A DNA stretch of 62,428 nt, filler included, from Choristocarpus tenellus KU-1152 (lineage: Eukaryota; Protista; Phaeophyceae): assembly GCA_964200185.2 (NCBI GenBank). It is 12 parts of 12 records of this genome, joined end to end, with 100 filler letters (N's around TTAATTAATTAA, not from the genome) between each part and the next. Parts side by side here need not be neighbours in the genome. Positions count along the whole stretch, not along the records: positions 49,292 to 55,849 come from CAXNAD020007869.1; positions 55,950 to 62,428 come from CAXNAD020008052.1; 10 more parts are not named here. One strand, given 5' to 3'. The translations under genes and the position numbers were made by a program. A model generated the notes under the pieces. It worked only from the letters and a program-made list of their open reading frames with translations, had not been told where the DNA came from and searched no databases. This document shows positions 51,066-62,428 of this stretch, piece by piece (positions within the stretch are counted from its first letter, which is position 1; the number at the start of each line of letters is the position of its first letter).

Positions 51066-53402
51066 CTTACACCTGATCTCTCTCCTCATCTCCACCTGTC
51101 CCTCGGGTGCAAAGAAGTCGTCTTCATCATTTTCCTCCTGAGTGGTGGGTTTCACAGCACAGCAGGGGATGGCAGATGAAATCAGCAAGTTGTCAGCACC
51201 CCTTTAGGGTACGCCACTTAGAGTCACAGCGAGCATTTTGCTTGTGTGCAAAAATACAACCCCCCTGCATCAAGTTTACAACACAGATATGTACACAAAT
51301 CCCAACCTCGGCACAACAACAAAGGTTCACCCCCTCTGTCTTGAAATACATAGTTTATAACAACACAAAAATCAATTGCCACATTGCCACAATGCACATC
51401 AAAACACATGAAAAGAAAGCTAATTTTAGAAGCACTGATCGTACTTCGCCTTGAGCTCCAAGCTCCAACATTTTGGCACCCTACCGTGAACTTATTATTA
51501 GCAAACGATTGGCATATGTTGGATGCGTAGGCAATGGAGTTGACACAACACAACACAAACAAAAGGACACACATATAAGTTGGCTGTCCAGACAGTAAAT
51601 CTATTAGAAATAAAACACGTATCTTCACTCAGCTACAGCGTCAAGGTGTCAGTTAAGCAAAGAGTGTCAAATTCAGTACAAAACCAAACATAAACACTAG
51701 TATAAGGAGGGAAGGGGGTGCGTGATGGATCTCTGCTGTCAAGATATGAATGCTCCCTCACATCATCTAACATCTCTCCGGTCTCAAACCCATCCCATGT
51801 GAGATCACAGTCACTCTCACTGCTCCCCCTCGACTCCAGGCTTTCTGCAACTGACACGATATTTCTCTGACAGAGCACTCCTCCCTTTTGCATCAGCAAC
51901 CTTTCAACCCTACTGGACCTCCTGCAGGTGCTCTTTCCCTTTCCATGGCTTCTGTTGTAGTCAAGGGATCTTGCTCCCTCTTCTGCTTCACCATCAACCT
52001 TGCCCAGTGTTGAAGGGGAGGAGGCAGCTCCGCGTGTAAGGCGTCTGCTCCCTCGCCCATCACCACAACAGCAATAACGGGGGCGTCCATCTCGATACAC
52101 TTGCTTAACCTCAACAGAGCAGCATTGGTGCTCCCGCGTAAAGCATTGATGCTGCTCACATTGGATCAATATTCCCTTACCATGCCAGTCGGATCCACTG
52201 CCCTGGAACACCTCACGACTTTCCTTCCTGGCATGACCTTGAGTCTCGTCCTCACTGCTACTCCCCATCCAACCTCCGTCGTCCTCTGAGGAAACGATTT
52301 GGTTCCTGTGTCGAGTCTTCTCACGAGTCCTTCTGGACGCAAGGCCATCAGTCTCCTCCGGGGTTTTATCCCCTTGTTTGCGTCGACGCTTAGCGGTACT
52401 CCTCTTTTCATAGCACTCTAACGACGTTGCACGCTTCTCGTCAGCGTGCTTCTTGCGCATAAGTCGTCCATCGTCACGCACGCTCCTCATCCAACACTCA
52501 TCATCTTCTGATGTAACTGTTTCATGTTTCTCAGAGACTTCCTCGTTACTCGTGTTGGGCGCACTGTCTTTGACCTTTCTCCGATTTCCCCCTCGTAACA
52601 AACGTCGACACTTCTCCTTGATATTTCGCCTTCCAATACGCCCTTTGTTCACTAAGGATGTTGCCTGGTACTCACTAGTGCCCTTCTTGCCTGTGGATGA
52701 TCGATCGACGCAAACTTTCCCCATCAAAGCCTCACCATCTTCTGAGGAAATGGTTTGATGTTTCTCGTGGTCATCCTCGTGGTTTATGCTGCACACACTG
52801 CCTATAATCTCCCGTCGGGTTCTTCCTCCTCGTAAACGTCGACTCCTTTTGACGTTATTGCACCCACGCATGACCACATCTTCCACCGATAATATTATCT
52901 GCTGCTCATCAGGGTTCTTCTTGCAGGTGGATAGAACATCGTCGCTGCTGCTCCCCATCCACTCCCCGTCGTCTTCTGAGGAAATGGTTTGATTTTTCTT
53001 GCGGACTTCCTCATTGTTCAAACTGTACAAAGTGCCTTCGGTCTTCCGTCCCCTTCTCCTTGTCGGCAAGTGCTGACTCCTTTTAATGACCTTGAGCAGA
53101 CTCATGGTTGTATCGTCTGTGGAGGATGTTTTCTGACGCTTGTGAGTGCTCCTGCCGAACGTCGAAGGTTCATCCTCCTCTCGGCTGCACCCGCCCCTGG
53201 ATACTTGCTTCCCCTTCCCCTTCACGGACCAACTAGGCTTAGTGCAATTGGTAACATTCTTCACCAGATTGCGTAACCTAGAACGTTTCGGAATAGCCTT
53301 TCGAGGTGTGACAGAGGCACCTTCAGAGTCCTCGCTACACGTATCGACAAGTTCAGATGGTGATAAGGACTCACCACCCAAATCCCGACGTCTAGGCAGC
53401 AT
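51066..53402 (-). CDS. Basic/acidic, probably disordered nuclear protein with four internal repeats of about 78 aa
   Basis: ATG at 53402. Exon 1 probably ends at the GAT|GTGAGG donor at 51762, and exon 2 (51066-51137) encodes EENDEDDFFAPEGQVEMRREIRCK in phase. Further exons toward 49.6 kb are unresolved. Confidence 0.7.
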
Positions 53403-54129
53403 TGGTGAGTCTACCGATAACCATTACTAAGATTAAAATAGCAACAAGGAGAAAGGTTATCGTTGTGGATGGCAAAGGTATCCATAGGGGGTTCACATTG
53501 AGCGTTCTGGTTGTTTTGCATGTCCATCACTATAATATATCCATCCATCACTTTCACCAGTTCAAACTTCATGCATCTCACACTTTATGTTCAATGGTGG
53601 TGCCCTTTTAAGGCACGCTTCTGGGAAGTGAAAAGTGCATTTTATCTCAAACACTCCATCGCAATTAGGGCGGACACTCCCAAACTTTCCTTCATTAGGA
53701 CAAAAAGAGCAACACCTTCTTCTCCTGTCACAAATCGCCTCAGGCGAAAGCATGCCATTCACAGTCTCAAATCTCTCATTCAGAAGGAAACAAATGTGAA
53801 TGAGAGGGTGCGCTAACTGCAAAAGCTTCCCTAGAAATTAGTTTGGTGATAAACAAGTCAGCTTCTTGAAGATTTGAAGATTTCGGTTACTAGTAGTGGT
53901 AAGTTCTAGGTTTCCAACTTCGGGTCAAAGTATCTGGGGGGGGGTGCCGGCGTCCGTTTTTTGACCCTTCATTAACTTGTTTTTCAGAAAATCAAGCATT
54001 GACTAAACACAAACGCTTCAACCCTTTCCATCTGCAATGTGATTTATTATGTGGTACAGGACTGAGTTATGCAAATGTATGGAATATCCTTACTTGTTGG
54101 AGAGATGTCTGGGGCAAGTGTTGCAGCCT

Positions 54130-54400
54130 TTTGGAGAGGCCACAGACAGAAGAGATTACCCTAATTACGCTCACCACATAGGTTGTGCTTGGGCGCGCTG
54201 CATCTTGAGCTGTGCTAGAGCACAACTTCTACATGGCTACGAAAGTGGTGCGTCACAAGAGGGCCTCATTGGATCCTGCAAACACGGAAATGTTGTTCTT
54301 TTCCCAGGTAGAATACAATTCCAGCTCAAGAGACTTGCCAGTACTCTTGATGGTCGAAGCCAAACATTACAAAACACTCCCACCAGCTTACCTTAATGGA
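54130..54400 (+). mobile_element. hAT transposase C-terminal dimerisation-domain relic
   Basis: YPNYA.. followed by VVLGRAAS*AVLEHNFYMATKVVRHKRASLDPANTEMLFF, matching the pattern YP.L....L..PASSA..ER.FS......R..L. Contains a stop and a frameshift. Confidence 0.7.
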
Positions 54401-55949
54401 ATATATAACTCCAATCCACAAGCCAATAGGCTGATGATGAGGCTCAAAGACTGTGCCTGTGATGTGTCAAAAGCCTGTTAATCTATGAGATGAATGGTTG
54501 ACGGCTATTATTATGATAAATGTAAGAGTTCTTTCAAGCTTGATGATGGACTGAATGAGAAACCCTTGTTGACTGCATTGGCTGACCTCAAATCAATCTG
54601 TACGTTCTCGGTCATACATGTTAATGATTGCTCTAGCAATCCACAACTAATTGCACTGCTTCCGTTCCATTTTTAACTTGATTCTCTCACTATCTATGGG
54701 TTCATCCATTCCACCACATATCACTCCGCCTACTCCCTCAAATCTCATGCTGGACCCCCCCTACCTCAGTGTCCCTCAGCTATAAAAGCTTACCAGTTTG
54801 TTCTTTGTTTGGCCTTTATCCTTTGCAGATATTATACTACGCAGGTGTACATTTTGCAGTGATTGCCAAGTGCGCTGAACAGAAATCTGGGATTGATGGG
54901 GTTCAAGCCCATAACTCACGGTCCTCATGCAGGAGATATATCCCACGTGACCACTATGCCGCGGGAATCCTTCCACTCTTCACATTTGCACGTTTCACTT
55001 GATGTTACCTTTAAAACCGACGATGGGTCTCAATATTTCTTTGAAGATAATTGATATTTGATATGGTCTTGGTAGTAAATTGATATCGACGCGATATGTG
55101 ATATACCATATCGAGGGTAATAACAAAAGATATGATATTATGATATTCTAAAGTGTTGATCCAATTAGATTTTCTTTGTTTCTTTCAATTTTGATTTCTT
55201 TTCTTTTGTGGGGGGAGGTTGACGTCTAAGAGTGAGTGGATGGAATTACTACTCACCCAAATATATCATCCACTCCATCATCTGTTGACAAGATTCTAGA
55301 GAGTCCTCAAACCTGTGGGAAGACATTGAAATTTTTTGGGAGGGGGAGAAATACGTCACAACTGTAAGTTATGTGAAACTCTTGATGAATGGGGAAGATA
55401 TGACAGAGATCATCACCCATCCTCCTACACTTCAAGAGGATGTGAGTACCATGTATTCTGTACTTACTTGCGCTTGCACAGATACTCACCATTCTATTGC
55501 GTTACCACCCCTTCATGGCCAGACTCATCTTCTATTATTAAGGCGTCCGATTTCTTCCCTGTCCACAAATAACAGACGCCCATATCCTGAAACTTATGTT
55601 TTACTATTTTAGACCTACGTACCTCTCAATATTGTCACAACTCTACTTCTCCTAATCTAAATTCAACAAAATAGTATCTGTATGTACTTTTTTTTTCATT
55701 TAAACAATCTAGAAATAGGTGACAATCTCAACAAAACTATACGTGATACATCTTAAAAATTCTGAGGGTATATATTATACTACATGTGAATCGTGTGATT
55801 CTGTGGCGGCGTGGTTCACTCAGGCAAGGGTGGCGAAGAGAATCACCGGNNNNNNNNNNNNNNNNNNNNNNNNNNNNNNNNNNNNNNNNNNNNTTAATTA
55901 ATTAANNNNNNNNNNNNNNNNNNNNNNNNNNNNNNNNNNNNNNNNNNNN

Positions 55950-56017
55950 CTCAATTCAACACAATAATCTCATATACACAAAATAAGGTACACTTCACTA
56001 TTGTCCTTTTTTGCGCA
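55950..56017 (-). repeat. Partial 3' LTR of copia A
   Basis: Matches 61148-61215 with about 6 differences in 68 bp. Preceded on the minus strand by GTGGGAG. Confidence 0.9.
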
Positions 56018-56688
56018 CTCCCACATGAGAGTGCAGGCAATGAAGAGTTGCTGGAACTCTCAAAACCAAAAACATCTTATTGTGCACACTCCCATTCTGC
56101 ACGCTACCCCATGAAAAATGGAATTAAAAGGCATCAGATTGGTTCAATTTCACACATATCACATTTATCGCATTAAAAGAACGCAGATTACTTCAAGTTT
56201 AACACACGACATTCATCTAGTCAATACAGTGTCTACAAAGTCTTCTACCTGCTTCTTGTGTAATCTTTTGGTCAAGATGTCTACAAGTTGGAGCGCCGTG
56301 GGAATATATTTTACTGCAAAAACTCCTTTGCTAACATACTCCCTGGTGCATTTCAGCTTGATGTGGACATGCATTGTCCGTCGATTGAAACCTTCAGTTA
56401 TCGCTGCTTGTATCGCTCCTCGACTGTCTCCATACCAAACCGTGACCCCTTCGAGTATGCCCAGCTCCCCCAGGATGCCTCTGAGGAGTATTGCATGCCT
56501 CATTCCATGCACCATCGCTGTCCATTCCGCCTCTGATGAAGATGTGGTTACAGCTCCCTGCTTCTTGGATTTCCATGCAACAGGTGCTCCATTGATGAGT
56601 ATTAGATACCCTGCCACTCTCCGCCTTGATGCAGTGTCATTGCCCCAGTCTGAGTCTCCATGCCCGACCAGGCCCCCATTGTCCATTT

Positions 56689-56947
56689 GAGTGAAAGTAT
56701 CTTAGAGGGTACGAGTTTTCCCTGTTTGTCCATTTGAGACTTGGCTTCCCATGGGGTTTTTTATCACTTTTTCCTACTCCAAAATATTTCTGAGTAGGCA
56801 AAATGCATACATTATGGAAAGATGTGTCGGGATCAACGACATTGACACTTCCTAACAAACACGATAGCCAAGAATCACATCAAAATCGCAACATTGGATT
56901 TTGGGCCCCTAACGGACGCGCCCCTACCCTCTAAGATAATTAGGCTC
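56689..56947 (+). mobile_element. MITE family A inserted in the copia A RT/RNase H junction
   Basis: Full TIRs. Removing the element and one TTT copy restores GIHYPAGGEMDNGGLVGHGDSDWG. Confidence 0.93.
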
Positions 56948-58403
56948 TTTCACCACCAGCAGGATAGTGTATCCCTACTTTCGTGGTGCCCGGTAGGTAT
57001 CATAGAAAATATTGCAACCCTTTCCAGTGTCGATCGCATGGAGATGCTGCATATCTTCCCAGTTCCCGCACACTGTTGGATAGGCCTGGTCGTGTCATCC
57101 CGGCTAGGAACATAAGTTTCCCCTGGATGGTGCGGTAGGGTTTGTGCTTCTGGTCCAGCTCGTCCTCGTCAGTTCTTCTTGCTGTCAGGTCCATTCCTGG
57201 GTTAGAGGTGATGAGGTATTCCTTACTTCTGCAGATCCCATTCCTTCTCGAACAATGCTCTCTGCATAGAAATACTGGTCTAGTGTGATGCCAGCCTCAT
57301 CCTTGGTGATTGCCACCCCAACTAACTTGTCTGGGGTCCCGGGGTCCCGTTCTTTGTACCTGGTAAGCAGGTTGTTCTTCGTCCTTGGTATTTCTTCGTG
57401 GTAGTTTCCAGTCAATGAGATGTCATCCATGTAGTGAAAAAGAACAGCAACCCTTCCATCTTCACTCCTTTTGACATACAAGCAGGCATCAAAGTCGCTA
57501 ACACTCCACCCCTCAGCTAAAATTGTTCCCTTTAGCTCCTTGTACCACTCCATTGCTAATTGCTTAAGGCCATAGATGGCCCTGGCAGCTTTTGCGAAGG
57601 ATCCGTTGGGCAGTTGTAGCCATACATCTCCATGAACTAGTGCGTTCAGGTAGGCTTGAGTGAAGTCTAGGGAGTTGATGACCCAGTTTCTGTTAGCTGC
57701 TGTAGCCAGGACTGCTCGAATCACGTCAAATCCCACCACTGGACTAAACGTGCTGAAGTAGTCCACCCCTTCTTGTTGGGAAAAGCCCCGTGCCATCAGC
57801 CTGGCCTTGTATCTTTCGATATCTCCATGTGCAGTCCTTTATATTTTGAATATAAATCTGGTTTTGACGGGTCTCCTTCCTGGTGGCAGACCCTCTCCCT
57901 CATGGAAGGTTCCTTTGGTTCGTTGGCCCTCCATTTCTTGTTCCATTGCCTTCTTCCAGTGTTCTGCATCAGGCCCTTCGAGGGCTTCTGCGATGGTTGA
58001 TGGCTCCTGGTGGCCTATTGAGATGTCACCTGCCATATCCATCAAACAGTATGCATCATCCGTGCTTGATCTGAGCAGGTTCACTATATTCTCTCCCAGT
58101 TCTTCTGTATTTCCATAGTGTAAGCCCCTGTAGTCCACCCTGGGTTGTTCAGCTATCCTAGCTGACCTCCATTGTCCACTAGGTGAACTAAGGGGAATCG
58201 GATCGACTGCAATATCGAAATCCCAATCAGAGTCGTGTTCAGTCTCAGAAATTTCTTCATCATCCGTCGAAGGTATGGTCTCTCTCTTCCCCCACGAAGT
58301 CCATGATGTGTTCGTCTGGCTCGAACGTCACGTGGGCTGAGGTTACCAACTTGGCCTCCTGAGGAAGCCAGGTGTGCCAGCATAATGATGTGCGATCATG
58401 TCC

Positions 58404-58663
58404 GAGTCAAACTATCTTGGAGGGTAGAGCCGCGTCCATTTAGGGGCCAAAATCCAATGTTGCAATTTTGATGTAATTCTGGCGATCATGTTTGTTAGGG
58501 ATGTCAATATCACTTGTTCCGGACACACCTTTTCATAATGTATACATTTTACCTACTACGAAAACATTTCGGAGCAGGTAAAATGTCATTAATAACCCGT
58601 GGGAAGTCAAGACCCAAATGGACAAACGAGGAAAAACTCGTACCCTCTAAGATACTTTCACTC
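58404..58663 (-). mobile_element. MITE family A inserted in the copia A integrase C-terminal region
   Basis: Full TIRs with an exact GTCC TSD. Removal restores KILGHDRTSLCWHTWLPQEAKLVTSAHVTFE. Confidence 0.95.
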
Positions 58664-60860
58664 GTCCCAATATTTTAACTCTCTTGGAGTATGGGTGGAA
58701 CTTTGAGCTGGCCCCTCTCTGCTGCTTGTCCTAATGAACATAGCACTCGCTCCCCCAGGCCCAAAGCCTATCATAGTTGAACGATTTTCCTGTTAGACGC
58801 TCGAATGGCATCTCTCCTCCGACGTATTCATGTGGCATGCCTCCAGTCTTGAAGGTGACGTCCGTGATGGCAAAGAACCAATACTCGTCGCCCAGCCCAG
58901 CTTTTACCAGTTGACTCCTTGCTGCCCCCATGAGTTGCTTTATCGCCCTTTCGGCCATTCCATTGCTTTGTGGTGTTCTCGGTGGAGATTTTCTCCATCG
59001 GGTACTGTTGTTCGCCAGCATCCTTTGGAACTTCACCGATCTCCCAAGCTCGCCAGCACCATCCCCACTGATGCATTTGACTGGTATACCTTCCCTGGCC
59101 ATCTGGTCGATATATGCAACGGTTGCGTCCGTCGCTGCGTTTTTCGTCTTCAATCCATAAACCCTCTTGTCTCTGCTGCTCTCGTCAACAAACACCTGAA
59201 AATATTGGTGGCCAGTGATGTCTGCTTTAAAAGGTCCCGCCAAATCTGTGTGGACAACCTCGCCGGGCTGTTTGGGGGTCCTGCCACCCCGTTGATAGCT
59301 TAGGGCCTCGGACTTGCATTCCTTGCATGTCTCGCTTTGCAGTTCTGACGCCACAGTAGCACCGGTGATCTCCAACAGTCCACGCTTCTTGAGGTGCTTG
59401 ATAGCTGAAGGGTTGATGTGACCTAATATGTTATGCCAGTCCTTCAATGTCAGCCTCTGCTTTTGGTTGGCTCGTGCAGTGCTGGCTCTCGATTCTTGTT
59501 CCATGTTGATTATGGTTTCAGTTAAATTTAAGAACCCCCCCCAATTTTTGTAGTTTTATCTTGGGCGAATTCTTGGAGGCCCTCGGATAACTTTCCTTTG
59601 TTACTGAATCCATAAATTCTCCTCCATTCCGTCATATACTTCCAGTACTCAATATGCGGCATGGTAGACCTGGGACCCATAGAACATCCTTGAGAACCAC
59701 TCTTGTTGGTTTGCCGTCCTTGTCTGTTACCATTAGAACCATATCCCCGGTTTCTTTCGCTTCCAATTTCCCATTGTTTCCGAAGGTGCACGTGCGTTTG
59801 ATGCCCCAAGTACTTCTGAGATCTTCACGATCAGGTGTAAGATGGACGTTTGCTCCAGAGTCACATAATATCTCGACTTGTCTTCCACTGAAGGAGTTGA
59901 ACACCACACTTTTGTTAACTTCCTCGTCTGCTGTTACCTTGAAACTGGAGAAGGAGCGTGCTTGGTTTCCGTCGACTTTGTTGCTGCTCCCACGAGTTGG
60001 AGGTGGCGGAAATGTTCCGGGTGCGATCCCAGGCGGACGTGTTGCCAGCGGCTTTCCATTTAAGTATCGGTAGCAATTCTACCATCGATGGTTCATCCTT
60101 AAACATTATCCAGATTGGTTTGGCCTGAGGCTGCTTCCAGCTGATCCTTTGGTCTTCCGAGCATGGCCGTTCTTCATGTTGCCATGTATAGCTAATACCC
60201 CATCATAACTATCTTGACCCGAGTGAAGGTAAGTTGTCAACGAGATAACTGCTCCTTTGAGCAACTCATAGCTGATGTCCGGGCGTGTTATCAGTTGCGT
60301 GAACACATGTGGCATTGATTCCTTGATCCCAAGTAGTATAGATGCCCTTTTCATGTTTTCGGATTTAGGCTCCTTGAGCTCCTCGAATTCCGAAAATAGT
60401 CGTTCGAGTTTGATGACAAAATCGGTGCTGTCCTGAGACGCTGTGCATCGTAATTCGCAGAGTTTTGCCTCCAACGTGATTATTTGTACGTGGATTCCGT
60501 CCTCCGCGCGTCCACCGTAGACTCGTTCTAGTTCCAACCAAGCTCCTCTGCCGTCTGGTTGACCTCCATTTTCATATTTCGCTACAATCGTGGATGCTGA
60601 TCCTTTCATTATTTGTAGAAGGAGGAACCATAGCGCCTTGTTATTCTTCGAGTATGTGGCATATGCCGTACGCACTGCCTCTCCCGAGATGATAGTGGGT
60701 GTTTTGGGAATCTTGTAGTCCCTTGTCGTAATCTCGTACAAGCCCTTTCCACTAGCGTAGGCGATCAGTGATGGTCTCCAAGTTGACCAGGTCTCCAATG
60801 ACCTTCCTGTCGCCCCTGTTCAGACAAAAAGTTTATTCAGGTCAGTCTCCATACTAGTTA

Positions 60861-60871
60861 GGCTCATAACC
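60861..60871 (-). promoter_or_regulatory. Primer-binding site GGTTATGAGCC (initiator tRNA-Met anticodon-arm type)
   Basis: Directly abuts the LTR end. Complementary to GGCTCATAACC of the tRNAi-Met anticodon arm. Confidence 0.85.
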
Positions 60872-61215
60872 TGTGCAAATTACCTTGGGAGGTAATGCTA
60901 TTTCTCAGTAGTGAAGATAAGAGGGTGTGAAGCCTCACACGACCCTTTTGCTGAACGTGAAAAAGAATGGATGGTTGAAATTAGAAGAGTGACCTTTGTG
61001 TGATGTCTTCTCATTGCTTGTTTATTATAATTTGTGCTTCCTATCTGAGTCAACGGTCATGTCAAAGTAGTTGAATGCAGAATAAATACCAATACATAAT
61101 CCCATACATAATCTGGATGTACTATTTTATTAGTTACTTCACATGGACTCAATTCAACACAATAATCTCAAATACACAAAATAAGGTACATCTCACTATT
61201 GTCATATTTTGCACA
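60872..61215 (-). repeat. 5' LTR of copia A (344 bp)
   Basis: TG...CA ends with an 8-bp terminal inverted repeat, and a match to the partial LTR at 55950. Confidence 0.9.
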
Positions 61216-62428
61216 AATTCAGTGTATGTGGGTGTGGGTAGTCACTGTAGTCCAGCCAGTAGTCGCCATATCACAAGTGCAGTGCATAAATGACGGCTCA
61301 AACCAGGTACCAGCAGGACAATGAAGGACAATGAGACAGGTGATGATGAGTGTTACTGCAACAGTCAATAGAAGGTGGCTTGGCAATTTGTAGGGAGATG
61401 GAGGTTCCCAATGCTGGGGGCACTGATGGTGTGGGCAGGGGTAAAAAGGGTGCGACAAGAGGTGGTGGGTGGTGTGTTTGACGGGAGGGATTAGCCAGGG
61501 GAAGAGTTGTGAAGCCAGGGTAAGTTATGATTGTGGTGAGGTCGTTTTTTGGGTGCGTCTTGTACTCTGAGTGTGTGTTTGGTCGTGATTGGTGGTGGGG
61601 TGGGGGCATTGGGTGGTGGTGAGGTGGGGACAGGGAGACAGTTTGGAAAATGATGCAGGTGGTATCCAGGTTGGTGACAGCAGCTTCGGTGGAGAGCTCG
61701 ATCAGTAGGAGTAAGCCTGAGGGGTCCTCAACTCATCTTTTAGTCTTGTGGAGGCGCATGAGACACTGGTCGGGGGATTATTCCCCCCTGCTGGAGTCTG
61801 TGAAGGTCTTGCGCAGGTCCATGGCAGGTGGCAATGAGACTTTGTAACAGCTGGTCGTCAAATTCTTCGTATGGGATGGTAGGTGGGGTAGCAGTGGTGA
61901 AAAGACGAGAAGCGCGCTGGATCAAAACTCGCTGGGCCCAAAGGGTCCACACAGCTCCATATGTTGACGAAGCAGAGTTCAAACGCAGTTCAGGGGGATT
62001 CATCGCCGGGGGAAATAGGTGGTGTTAGCTTGCGTTCCATGGCGGTACAGTGGGTTTGTCTAGTGTGTAGTTGGTGGAAGTACAAGAAAAGGTCGGGCAA
62101 ATGTGTTGTTGTAAATTTCGATCAAGTGTTGAGGCTCATAACCTGTTGAAACCTGAATCTAATGCATCCTACATGTAAGCAAAATACGTAGACTACGAGC
62201 GATGAGGAATCATGGTGTTGCGAAGCACCGATGAGTGATATACATAGTCTATGTTATGTATAATAGGTGTGATTGTGCTGCAAAGCACCGATGTATTTAT
62301 TCTGTTGTAACTGAGGTAATTGATCTATCAGTCAAGAATGATGCAATGTGAATTCAGTATTCTTGGTTTCTCAATCCAGAATGATGTGATGTGAATTCAG
62401 TGTTCTTTCATGAGGTATTCAATGAAAG
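61216..62428 (-). mobile_element. Second copia-type element (B): 5' LTR, PBS and degenerate gag
   Basis: The same PBS lies at 62133-62143, next to an LTR starting TGTTGAAA at 62144. A frameshifted gag-like frame from ATG 62040 runs into Pro/His-rich sequence and is cut at the copia A LTR. Confidence 0.7.

Larger units (their letters stand above)
55950..61215 (-). mobile_element. Decayed Ty1/copia LTR retrotransposon (element A)
   Basis: 5' LTR 60872-61215 (TGTGCAAA...TTTGCACA) and PBS at 60861-60871. Coding order is gag (about 60106-60852), protease ILCDSGAN, integrase (WHNILGH, VHTDLAGP, TPQSNGMAER), RT (ARGFSQQEGVDY, YGLKQ, YMDD) and RNase H (DSDWG, SSSEAE). PPT and partial 3' LTR at 55950-56017. 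Multiple stops and frameshifts. Confidence 0.95.

Noticed and set aside
53922-54400. The hAT fragment as the transposase of the MITEs, because a family B TIR is adjacent
   Set aside because: hAT elements make 8-bp TSDs, the TIR copy is truncated, and no matching second end was found.
13382-55949. Recurrent TTAATTAATTAA palindrome as a biological motif
   Set aside because: It is always centred in exactly 44 N + 44 N, so it is a synthetic six-frame-stop linker.

Overview
Eukaryotic, intron-rich DNA. The bipartite plastid-targeting signal, TTAGGG-type repeats and protein families point to a photosynthetic stramenopile, probably a brown alga or close relative (inference). The window is not one locus: eleven identical 100-bp spacers (44 N + TTAATTAATTAA + 44 N) join 12 contigs, so neighbourhood across spacers means nothing. 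Host genes, most cut by contig ends, were rebuilt from GT-AG sites and reading-frame phase: VPS26, Rab GDI, a G3BP-like NTF2 protein, one BRR2 exon, a WHIM/Tudor chromatin protein, a plastid-targeted repeat protein, an intronless FNIP-repeat gene, a basic/acidic repeat protein, and a pseudogenised reprolysin-type metalloprotease fused to a GDPH-containing C-terminal domain. Mobile DNA includes a near-full-length decayed Ty1/copia element apparently nested in a second copia, copia, gypsy and hAT relics, and two related MITE families with G(A/G)-starting TIRs and roughly 4-bp target duplications. The best leads are the protease-GDPH architecture (possible self-cleaving or wall-anchoring module), the MITE pair, the FNIP array with variable positions, the plastid protein with aromatic-GRG-EI repeats, and a 64-bp tandem repeat whose 8-bp hairpin loop is inverted between copies. 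No database search was possible; family calls rest on motif recognition.
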